This document shows positions 36,762 through 43,290 of a stretch of 64,000 bases of DNA, in pieces. A program made the position numbers and the translations under genes. Below the pieces are notes generated by a model. It worked only from the letters and a program-made list of their open reading frames with translations, made no database searches and was not told the origin of the DNA. This DNA comes from Clostridia bacterium (GTDB lineage Bacteria > Bacillota > Clostridia > Christensenellales > Borkfalkiaceae): NCBI GenBank assembly GCA_017457215.1, contig JAFTHU010000001.1:21563-85562 (forward strand). The letters run 5' to 3'. Each line of letters opens with the position of its first letter. Within the stretch, counting starts at the first letter, position 1.

Positions 36762-37928
36762 TTAATAGCAAGCTTTTAATACCGTTAAGAAATCCTCTTC
36801 CGCCACGTCTTTTTTATACCCGCCACCAGGCGCAGTCGTTTTGGCAATGAGCGGCAACATTTCTTCCGTTGCGCCCAATTCCCGCAAGGTCGTAGGAATA
36901 CCCAATTCTTTGATGAACTCCGCAAAAGCGTCTATGCCCGCAAGCGCGATTTCGTCCTTGGTCTTTCCTTCGCCGTCTATCCCCCAAACTTTGTTGGCAA
37001 ACCGCACAAATTTATCCAACCCGTACCGATAAATGTGTTTGTAATAGGGAATGGAAAGCACCGCCAAGCCCAACCCGTGCGGGCAATCGGTGTACGCGCC
37101 AAGTTGATGCTCTAAATGATGCACCGCCCAATCCTGCGTTTTGGAAAGCCCCGTGATACGGTTCAATCCCAACGTTGCGCACCACATAATATTACTACGC
37201 GCCTCGTAATTAGTTGGGTCTTTCAACGCCGCGCGAGCGCTGACTATCAACGATTGCAAAACGCCCTCTATCACGTAATCGGTGGTATTGTCGTCCTCGC
37301 CCGAAAAATACTGTTCCAACAAGTGCGAGAAAATATCAAAAATTCCGCTCACCATTTGGTGTTTGGGTACGGAATAGGTATATTCAGGGTTTAAAATAGA
37401 AAATTTAGGATAGACTTCGGGCGGAAAAACTCTGCCCTGCTTTATCATTTTTTCCTCATGCGTAATAACCGAGCCACCGTTCATTTCGCTTGCCGTCCCC
37501 GTCATGGTCAATACCGAGCCGACGGGTACGATTTGATTGTTCACAGGTTCAAAATCAATCCAATATTTCTGCCAAGGGTCGCCCTCTGCGTAGGCGGAAA
37601 CGGAAATGGCTTTTGCGCAGTCGATACAAGAGCCGCCGCCGACAGCCAAAATTAAATCGATTGCGTTTTCCCGCACCAAGCGAGCTCCCTCCAACACCTG
37701 CGCGTAACGGGGGTTTGCGTTGATACCCGCAAGCTCCACTACGTTTTTACCGCAAGCGTTTAACACGGAAAGCACTTCGTCGTATAAGCCGATTTTTTTA
37801 ATGGAATTTTTCCCGTAAACAAGCAACACGTTTTTTCCATAACCGTTTAATTCGGTTGCAAGATTTTGCATTGCCGTTTTACCAAAATATATTTTCGTGG
37901 GATTATAAAAATTAAAATCGTAAATCAT
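36762..37928 (-). CDS. Iron-containing (group III) alcohol dehydrogenase, BdhA/YqhD-like
   Basis: 388 aa. MIYDFNFYNPTKIYFGK...VLLVYGKNSIKKIGLYDEV and GGGSCIDCAKA motifs are typical of Fe-ADH. Confidence 0.85.
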   Translation of the reverse strand: MIYDFNFYNPTKIYFGKTAMQNLATELNGYGKNVLLVYGKNSIKKIGLYDEVLSVLNACGKNVVELAGINANPRYAQVLEGARLVRENAIDLILAVGGGSCIDCAKAISVSAYAEGDPWQKYWIDFEPVNNQIVPVGSVLTMTGTASEMNGGSVITHEEKMIKQGRVFPPEVYPKFSILNPEYTYSVPKHQMVSGIFDIFSHLLEQYFSGEDDNTTDYVIEGVLQSLIVSARAALKDPTNYEARSNIMWCATLGLNRITGLSKTQDWAVHHLEHQLGAYTDCPHGLGLAVLSIPYYKHIYRYGLDKFVRFANKVWGIDGEGKTKDEIALAGIDAFAEFIKELGIPTTLRELGATEEMLPLIAKTTAPGGGYKKDVAEEDFLTVLKACY

Positions 37929-37954
37929 AGTGAATTTTTCTTTTTTCGATATTA

Positions 37955-38383
37955 TTAAATAACGCCTTTTTTCAAAATAATATTTGCATAAATCGCTTCT
38001 TCGCCCGTTGCGATAACCGCATACGCGTTTTTAGCTCTTTCATAAAAATCAAATCGGTCAATATTACCGATTTTGGCATTATCGTCCAACTTTTCGGCAA
38101 TTTCTTTATATTCGCCCCAAATTACGGGGTTGATTTTGCCAACATCTTGCGCCATCAACTGCATTAAAATCATATTCGGGTCAGAATACGTATCTAAAGG
38201 AAAAACAGAAAGTACCGCCCGCAATACGTCGCAACCGCTGATTCCGTCCGCGCGTATCACTCTTTTCCCGTAATTCGCGCTGGGAAAGTTAGCGTCCGCT
38301 ATCACAATTTCGTCTCCATGCCCCATTTCGCATAAAATTTTAAGCAATTCAGGACTTAAAAGTTTAGGAATTCCTTTTAACAT
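37955..38383 (-). CDS. fucU: L-fucose mutarotase (RbsD/FucU family)
   Basis: 142 aa. MLKGIPKLLSPELLKILCEMGHGDEIVIADANFP...VIRADG...FYERAKNAYAVIATGE...YANIILKKGV closely parallels E. coli FucU as I recall it. Confidence 0.9.
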   Translation of the reverse strand: MLKGIPKLLSPELLKILCEMGHGDEIVIADANFPSANYGKRVIRADGISGCDVLRAVLSVFPLDTYSDPNMILMQLMAQDVGKINPVIWGEYKEIAEKLDDNAKIGNIDRFDFYERAKNAYAVIATGEEAIYANIILKKGVI

Positions 38384-38415
38384 ATTATTTTCTCCTTGCT
38401 TTTCACTTTTTATTT

Positions 38416-38444
38416 ATTGTAACATATTTAAAAGGAAATTGCAA
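38416..38444 (-). promoter_or_regulatory. Sigma-A promoter of fucU-adh; its -35 lies in a TTGCAATTT box
   Basis: On the minus strand: TTGCAA (38444-38439), 17-nt spacer, TACAAT (38421-38416). AAATTGCA on the plus strand at 38436-38443 is the same octamer as in the 29.7-30.5 kb intergenic region. Confidence 0.6.
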
Positions 38445-38510
38445 GACGTATCCGCATTTTTCTTACTACGCCCATATAAAATCCTCTTTTGATTTTTTTC
38501 GTAAAACCCC

Positions 38511-38539
38511 TTGACTTTTGTTAAATTATCGCATATACT
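38511..38539 (+). promoter_or_regulatory. Orphan sigma-A promoter
   Basis: TTGACT (38511-38516), 17-nt spacer, TATACT (38534-38539). No protein gene lies downstream on this strand. Confidence 0.6.
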
Positions 38540-38543
38540 GTTA

Positions 38544-38618
38544 GTGTAACTTCAGGTTACACAAATGAGCAAGTCAGATGTTGGCGGGTCTTAACCGCGT
38601 GGCTTGTTCATTTTTTTT
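38544..38618 (+). ncRNA. Candidate ~75-nt small RNA (promoter, 5' hairpin, long terminator stem, U8)
   Basis: Hairpin GTGTAAC-ttcag-GTTACAC (38544-38562). An 11-bp outer stem TGAGCAAGTCA (38566-38576) / TGGCTTGTTCA (38600-38610) has an inner GCGG/CCGC stem, followed by T8 (38611-38618). No family recognised. Confidence 0.45.
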
Positions 38619-38816
38619 GTCTTTTTTTATAATTTCTCTCTTTGCTCTTTATGTTGGCTTTATCTTCATCTGAAAAATTATAATTCTTTGCTACTTTTTT
38701 ACTAAATGATTTTTTACTATCCGCAACAATACCATTACGCGCATAAGATGGACCAGTATCCCCACTCTTTGGATTATTTTTTAATGGCATATTCTTTTTT
38801 TAAAAGTTTTATCTTT

Positions 38817-38990
38817 TGTCTGTTACGAACGATTCTGCTGTCAATCAGGTTTTAGCACTGACTTGAACCCAGCAGGTTATTTGTTTCTAAACAAATCCTT
38901 AAATTCTTTAACCAACTTTTGGTCGGCAACTGAACCCGAAATCACACGGAAATCTTCCTTTTTAATTTCTATAACAGACTGAATATATTA
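38817..38990 (-). repeat. 174-bp direct repeat, copy 1 (partner at 42027-42200)
   Basis: Hand alignment at an offset of 3210 nt. 38817-38871 is identical to 42027-42081 (55 nt), and I counted about 20 mismatches over the full 174 nt. Confidence 0.85.
38877..38987 (-). pseudogene. Orphan 3' fragment of a DUF4926-like immunity gene
   Basis: It encodes YIQSVIEIKKEDFRVISGSVADQKLVKEFKDLFRNK*, compared with YIQPVMAIQKEDFRVLSDSLADKKLVKEFKDLFRNK* in the intact gene (42087-42371). It is preceded directly by an in-frame TAA and has no start codon. Confidence 0.7.
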
Positions 38991-39253
38991 TTGTCTCACA
39001 TTCCCTCTTTTTATCACTTAAAATAGTGGTGAAATCGAACCTATAAGACGCACCTGAACACCTTATTTTAAAGGCGTTCAGGACTGTGCGACAACCCTTT
39101 TCCCACCCGATTTTTATTTATTTTTCAGTGTTTAGCCCCCCAATTTTTCACTTTAACCCGTACAAGGACGCAAATTCTTAAAGTAAATCGCTGTAAGCCT
39201 TTATTTTCAAAGCTTACAGAGATTTCCAGTTCCCATCAAAAAGAATCATCCAA

Positions 39254-41257
39254 TTATACAAGCAGCAACGTTTGTGATGTCAAATGCTCATTCCTTGTTT
39301 TTATAATAAGCTTATGTCCTTGACGCTCGTACTTTACGTAACGTCTCCCTCCGCTTTTACGGTTAATTGCATATATTTGAGTGAACTTCACATTCTGCAA
39401 TTCAAGTTCCGTCGCTTCAAAATCCTCTTCCGTACTATTTATAATGATCAACACTTTTTTATTGTGCTGTTTATATAAATACACATACACGCCTGCATGA
39501 TTCGTAAGGACGAGTTCTACACCGCTCTTCCGCAAAAACGTTTTCAAAAGCGTCGTTCGCAGGTCGTGATACTGCTCGAAATACATACCGTTGATGACGT
39601 ACGGAATCACGAAATAATTTCCACCATCCATATCGCCTACGCCGATCTTATTATCCAAATAATCGTACACAAACGACTGCGCGCCGCTTTCATCTTTATA
39701 CGAAATTTTAACGTAGTCGCCTGCTTTCCCAAACGCCGTCACTCGATAGCCTTTCTTGTCATTAATCAATATACCGTCTTTGACCTGTTCATAGCTATGT
39801 ACGTTATGTTCGCCTATATAGGTTTCATACTTGGTTGCTCCAATCAAGAAACCAAGTCCTCGATCGATAAGAATCCGCACTGCGCCGCCGTCCACAATAA
39901 CGAAATTATTTTCAAACAAATCGATAAGCTGTTCTTTTGTAAAATTATAGGTATTCCCGCCACCCAAAGCCACGATTTTATTTCTAAAACGCTTTTTTGT
40001 CGACGGTTTACAGCTTAATCCTATTGAAGTTAAGTAAGCGTTAAAAATAGATTCGTCTGGATACAAATCGTCAAACTTATTGATTTTTGCGCTGCGTTTA
40101 TACGCCGTTTTTTCATCAATAGGAAGAATGATTCCTTCCAACGTTTCATATTTTAATCCTAACATCATTACGCCGTTTAAGTAAGGTGTAATTTCTTTTA
40201 CCGCTTCGCCGTAACGAAAACTCGGCACAATCCCGTTCCCCACGAAATCGTAAATATCGTAAGTCATACCTTCGATACAAAGCGGAATTGCCGATTCAAG
40301 CTGAAATTGTAAAAATCTTGCGTCTTTTGTAAACGTACTAAACGAGCCGTTTTCAAGCTCTGGATAAACGATTGTATTTTTAGGCAGCAACGCACGGCAG
40401 TGGAAAGGCAATCGATTGAATTCCACATAATATTTCTTTGCTGAAATCTCATCATAGCACGGCAAATGCAGTCTATCGATAATAGGTCCCCCTGCCGCAA
40501 ACCCTTTATGCAATCTATGCCAAGCTCTGCCTTCCAAGGCATGTTTTTCATGCATAGAGGACATCAAGCCCACTTTCGTGCCAAGCCCAAGTTCTGCCAC
40601 TGCTTGACCAATATCCTCGGCAAGGCTTGCCATACATTCTCTATTCACGTCAAGCCAAGCCTTTTTTACGCGCTTCTCGGGATTCTTCCGAAAGAGTCTG
40701 TCCGTGAACTCTTCACGAGTATATTTCGTCCCCAAGCGCGCATTATATTTTTGCATATGCAAATCGCAAAAACACCCGCCGAATTTTAAATCGCCGTGAT
40801 TATGCAAACGGAAATCATCCTCCACCCAAACGGTATCGGGATCAAGTTCTTTAATGATATATTGATAAAATTCAAGGAAATATTTTTTCCAGTTTTGACA
40901 CAGCGGACATGCAACCATCTCGCACCTGCCCCCATCGTAATCCACCTGCGTGGTAAAATTTTGTCCCTTTTTCAAAGGTCTGCAACGGTCAAGGTGTCCA
41001 ATCTCAATCCAAGGATTTAAGCTAACTGTAATTCCCTTTTCCACCAAAGCTTCTTTTGCTTTTTTCATCGTTTCGAGCCACGGCTTTGCTTCCTCAATCG
41101 TCATATGTCCAACGTTGTACTCTTCCGCATTTATGAAAAGCATCACATTTTTGAAGCCATATTTCACGCAATAATCCACAACCTCGGCAATACGTTCATC
41201 TTCATAATGCTTCGGCGGAAATTGTATCCTCAAACAATGCAAAAATTTTTTACGCAT
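39254..41257 (-). CDS. GH42-like TIM-barrel glycosidase-like protein, cytoplasmic
   Basis: 667 aa with no signal peptide. MVACPLCQNW and GGCFCDLHMQKY (CxCxxH) echo the zinc-site layout of the 34550-36580 and 19254-21494 proteins. The ATG overlaps the ygjV-like stop by 8 nt. Confidence 0.55.
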   Translation of the reverse strand: MRKKFLHCLRIQFPPKHYEDERIAEVVDYCVKYGFKNVMLFINAEEYNVGHMTIEEAKPWLETMKKAKEALVEKGITVSLNPWIEIGHLDRCRPLKKGQNFTTQVDYDGGRCEMVACPLCQNWKKYFLEFYQYIIKELDPDTVWVEDDFRLHNHGDLKFGGCFCDLHMQKYNARLGTKYTREEFTDRLFRKNPEKRVKKAWLDVNRECMASLAEDIGQAVAELGLGTKVGLMSSMHEKHALEGRAWHRLHKGFAAGGPIIDRLHLPCYDEISAKKYYVEFNRLPFHCRALLPKNTIVYPELENGSFSTFTKDARFLQFQLESAIPLCIEGMTYDIYDFVGNGIVPSFRYGEAVKEITPYLNGVMMLGLKYETLEGIILPIDEKTAYKRSAKINKFDDLYPDESIFNAYLTSIGLSCKPSTKKRFRNKIVALGGGNTYNFTKEQLIDLFENNFVIVDGGAVRILIDRGLGFLIGATKYETYIGEHNVHSYEQVKDGILINDKKGYRVTAFGKAGDYVKISYKDESGAQSFVYDYLDNKIGVGDMDGGNYFVIPYVINGMYFEQYHDLRTTLLKTFLRKSGVELVLTNHAGVYVYLYKQHNKKVLIIINSTEEDFEATELELQNVKFTQIYAINRKSGGRRYVKYERQGHKLIIKTRNEHLTSQTLLLV

Positions 41258-41804
41258 TTTGATCCCCTTTTTTCATCTTTTCTCTATCCAATCGCAAATA
41301 ACCAACTAAAATAGAACCCAAGCTAATAACCTCGCAAAAAATCGCCCCTATTGACAGGGAAATTAAATTATACACAAGCCATGACGGAGAGCTTACCAAC
41401 CCCAATAACCGAGTAACTTTTGGGGTTCGGCTGCGAAAAGCAAAGGTTGTCGCTGTCATACCAATCAAAGGCAAAATTTCAATCATTGCGTTCCAAATGT
41501 CAAATTGTTTATTAAAGACGGTCAAAGTCAAAATATACGACGCTACATAGATGGCAATAAACCCGATAAGCCACAAAACGTGCTCTGTTTTCAGCTTGTC
41601 TTTATACAAAAAAACAATCGCCCGGATAACGCCAATCGCGTTTAACAAGCCACCCATATACGCGTTTAACATAAAAAAATGCACAGTAAATAGAACCGAG
41701 CCCAACAACTGCAAAGCAATAATTCCTCTTTGCTGTTTTTGTTGATACGAGCAAATATTAAACACCATGGCAACAATGCCAATTATCTGCGCAACAACCT
41801 TCAC
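41250..41804 (-). CDS. YgjV-family inner membrane protein
   Basis: AQIIGIVAMVFNICSYQQKQQRGIIALQLLGSVLFTVHFFMLNAYMGGLLNAIGVIRAIVFL matches the YgjV family pattern. The start is reassigned to GTG 41804 (AGGAGG 10 nt upstream), because a TATAAT promoter lies inside the longer ORF-track version. Confidence 0.7.
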   Translation of the reverse strand: MKVVAQIIGIVAMVFNICSYQQKQQRGIIALQLLGSVLFTVHFFMLNAYMGGLLNAIGVIRAIVFLYKDKLKTEHVLWLIGFIAIYVASYILTLTVFNKQFDIWNAMIEILPLIGMTATTFAFRSRTPKVTRLLGLVSSPSWLVYNLISLSIGAIFCEVISLGSILVGYLRLDREKMKKGDQNA

Positions 41805-41844
41805 AAATTGCTTGCCTCCTACCAAGATAAATATATTTTTAAAT

Positions 41845-41872
41845 ATTATACCATACATTTAAACATTTTCAA
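41845..41872 (-). promoter_or_regulatory. Sigma-A promoter of the ygjV-like/GH42-like pair
   Basis: On the minus strand: TTGAAA (41872-41867), 16-nt spacer, TATAAT (41850-41845). Confidence 0.65.
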
Positions 41873-41971
41873 TATGGTTTTTTTACTTTTTTATAAATTT
41901 CAGCCACACTTGAAAGGTGTCAATTTTTTTAGACAGCTAGACCACTGCCACCTTTTTTGCTTAGTATAAGC

Positions 41972-42024
41972 AATTTGTATAGATAGGAAAAATCGACAAA
42001 TCTCTTGTCGAAATTTGTCGATTT
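41972..42024 (-). repeat. Duplicate (copy A) of the tRNA-Leu terminator region
   Basis: aatttgtatagataggaaaaatcgacaaatctcttgtcgaaatttgtcgattt aligns with 43056-43112 with a few mismatches or indels. It contains the hairpin ATCGACAAAT / ATTTGTCGAT. Confidence 0.8.
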
Positions 42025-42026
42025 AC

Positions 42027-42200
42027 TGTCTGTTACGAACGATTCTGCTGTCAATCAGGTTTTAGCACTGACTTGAACCCAACAGGTTATTTATTTCTAA
42101 ACAAATCCTTAAATTCTTTGACCAATTTTTTATCAGCCAACGAATCCGAAAGCACACGGAAATCTTCTTTTTGAATCGCCATAACAGGTTGAATATATTC
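42027..42200 (-). repeat. 174-bp direct repeat, copy 2 (partner at 38817-38990)
   Basis: It covers the 3' end of the intact immunity gene plus a 58-nt non-coding tail. Confidence 0.85.
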
Positions 42201-42371
42201 CGCCTTGATTGGATTGGAAAAATCCGCAACCACAAAGCCACGTTCTTCAATTAAATTTTCCATTACCTCACCAATATAGCCCTTAAACAATCCTTTATCT
42301 GCATAATTATCATTTAATAAGATAATATCGTCCATTTCTTCAACCAATGCATTGTTTTGATATTTATCCAT
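42087..42371 (-). CDS. DUF4926-like small protein, putative immunity/antitoxin
   Basis: Start moved to ATG 42371 (MDKYQNNALVEEMDDIILLNDNYADKGLFKGYIGEVMENL...), with AAGGAGG 6 nt upstream and 11 nt after the upstream stop. The pattern D.V.LL.D....GL.KG..G.V....(V/Y).V.F is as I recall it for DUF4926. Confidence 0.6.
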   Translation of the reverse strand: MDKYQNNALVEEMDDIILLNDNYADKGLFKGYIGEVMENLIEERGFVVADFSNPIKAEYIQPVMAIQKEDFRVLSDSLADKKLVKEFKDLFRNK

Positions 42372-42382
42372 AATATTCCTCC

Positions 42383-42931
42383 TTATTTTCCGAATCCTGA
42401 GAACGGCGTTGAATTTCTTATTTCTCCTTGGGGATATAGAGACCAACCCGTCTTTATTTTTAAAACTTGCCCACTTTTTATAGGTAGGTCTATTACTATC
42501 TCTATACGCCCATATTCCTTGCCAGCCCCCTTAAAAATATAATCCCCATTACAATATTTTTGTATTGCTTGTGAAATATAAAGCTGTTGCAAATATTTGC
42601 TATCTTCTATCGTATATCCCCAACTTTCAAATAGTTCCTTTTTGCCTTTACTTTTTTCTTCGTCAAAAATATACCCTGTGAATTTACGAATATCACAAGT
42701 TGCATTCGCCGTAATATACGGTATCGGCTTTGTTATTTTTTCAAGCCGACATTGACATCTTGGATGCTGTGGATATTCCAGCATTTGCTTTACGATAAAA
42801 TAACAACCATTAAATTTATCACAATCGTCTCGCCAATCGTTTGGTTGCGCTATCCACTCAATCCAATCATCTTCTTTTAACGATAAAAAGTTTTTTAATA
42901 GCTTTTCCGCTATTTCGTTTAGTAACCCCAT
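42383..42931 (-). CDS. MuF-tail (HPxCxC) plus DUF6883-like protein, putative orphan polymorphic-toxin C-terminal module
   Basis: Start moved to ATG 42931 (MGLLNEIAEK...). DDCDKFNGCYF...YPQHPRCQCRL resembles the C-terminal motif of phage MuF/SPP1 gp7 head-morphogenesis proteins. KFTGYIFDEEKSKGKKELFESWGY...YGRIEIVIDLP...LKIKTGWSL resembles DUF6883. Confidence 0.55.
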   Translation of the reverse strand: MGLLNEIAEKLLKNFLSLKEDDWIEWIAQPNDWRDDCDKFNGCYFIVKQMLEYPQHPRCQCRLEKITKPIPYITANATCDIRKFTGYIFDEEKSKGKKELFESWGYTIEDSKYLQQLYISQAIQKYCNGDYIFKGAGKEYGRIEIVIDLPIKSGQVLKIKTGWSLYPQGEIRNSTPFSGFGK

Positions 42932-42946
42932 TATATCATACCCCCT

Positions 42947-42990
42947 AAAATAAAGCAAACAAACGAACCCGCTCGGATTCGTTTGTTTGC
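42947..42990 (-). terminator. Terminator-like hairpin inside the 5' leader of the toxin-like gene
   Basis: On the minus strand: GCAAACAAACGAATCC-gagc-GGGTTCGTTTGTTTGC (42990-42955) followed by TTTATTTT (42954-42947). It lies between the promoter and the RBS. Confidence 0.6.
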
Positions 42991-42993
42991 CAC

Positions 42994-43021
42994 AGTATAT
43001 CATAGATTTTTGCTTTGTCAA
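42994..43021 (-). promoter_or_regulatory. Sigma-A promoter of the toxin/immunity cassette
   Basis: On the minus strand: TTGACA (43021-43016), 16-nt spacer, TATACT (42999-42994). Confidence 0.7.
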
Positions 43022-43055
43022 CAGGGTACTGCCAACTTTTTTTCGTCACACAAAT

Positions 43056-43112
43056 AATTTTGTATATTTATAGGAAAAAATCGACAAATTCTTGTCTAAA
43101 TTTGTCGATTTT
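43056..43112 (-). terminator. tRNA-Leu terminator region (copy B of the duplicated segment)
   Basis: Directly after the tRNA CCA on the minus strand: AAAATCGACAAAT-ttagacaaga-ATTTGTCGATTTTTT (43112-43077), plus about 20 nt shared with copy A. Confidence 0.7.
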
Positions 43113-43197
43113 TGGTGCGGACGAAGGGACTTGAACCCATACGGAGTTACCCACAGGAACCTGAAACCTGCGCGTCTGCCAATTTCGCCACGTCCGC
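43113..43197 (-). tRNA. tRNA-Leu(CAG), type II with a long variable arm and encoded CCA
   Basis: The reverse complement is GCGGACG-TG-GCGAAATTGGCAGACGCG-CAGGT-TTCAGGT-TCCTG-(variable arm)-ATGGG-TTCAAGT-CCCTT-CGTCCGC-A-CCA. The acceptor stem is perfect and the anticodon loop is identical to E. coli tRNA-Leu(CAG). One U-U mismatch occurs in the anticodon stem and one in the T stem. Confidence 0.8.
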
Positions 43198-43290
43198 AAT
43201 TCCCTTTTTAATTTTTACACGGAGAAGGTACTCCGAGGCGGGCAATTAAGCTAATCCGCACTATATAAAAACGGATTTCTCCGATTTTTA

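Noticed and set aside
38544-38618. The candidate sRNA might be a small SRP (4.5S) RNA, because of GUCAG...GGC similarity
   Set aside because: It lacks the conserved domain IV features as I recall them (the GGAA tetraloop and the AGCA/GGAA symmetric-loop motifs), and it is too short.
38608-38790. 60-codon Lys-rich ORF (MPLKNNPKSGDTG...KRQKK) convergent with the candidate sRNA
   Set aside because: There is no Shine-Dalgarno sequence, although nearly all real genes here have GGAGG-type sites. The context is AT-rich and no family was recognised. It is kept only as context for the sRNA finding.
38850-38862. GTTTTAGCACTG resembles the start of type II CRISPR repeats
   Set aside because: Only two copies exist, 3.2 kb apart. 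Both are embedded in the 174-bp direct repeat downstream of the immunity gene. There is no repeat-spacer periodicity and no cas genes.
42029-42086. The 58-nt conserved tail might be a tRNA-Leu-derived att core (it shares GGGTTCAAGTC with the tRNA T-arm) or an integron attC site
   Set aside because: The tRNA match is only 11 nt and diverges immediately. I could find no RYYYAAC/GTTRRRY core sites or the imperfect palindrome expected of attC.
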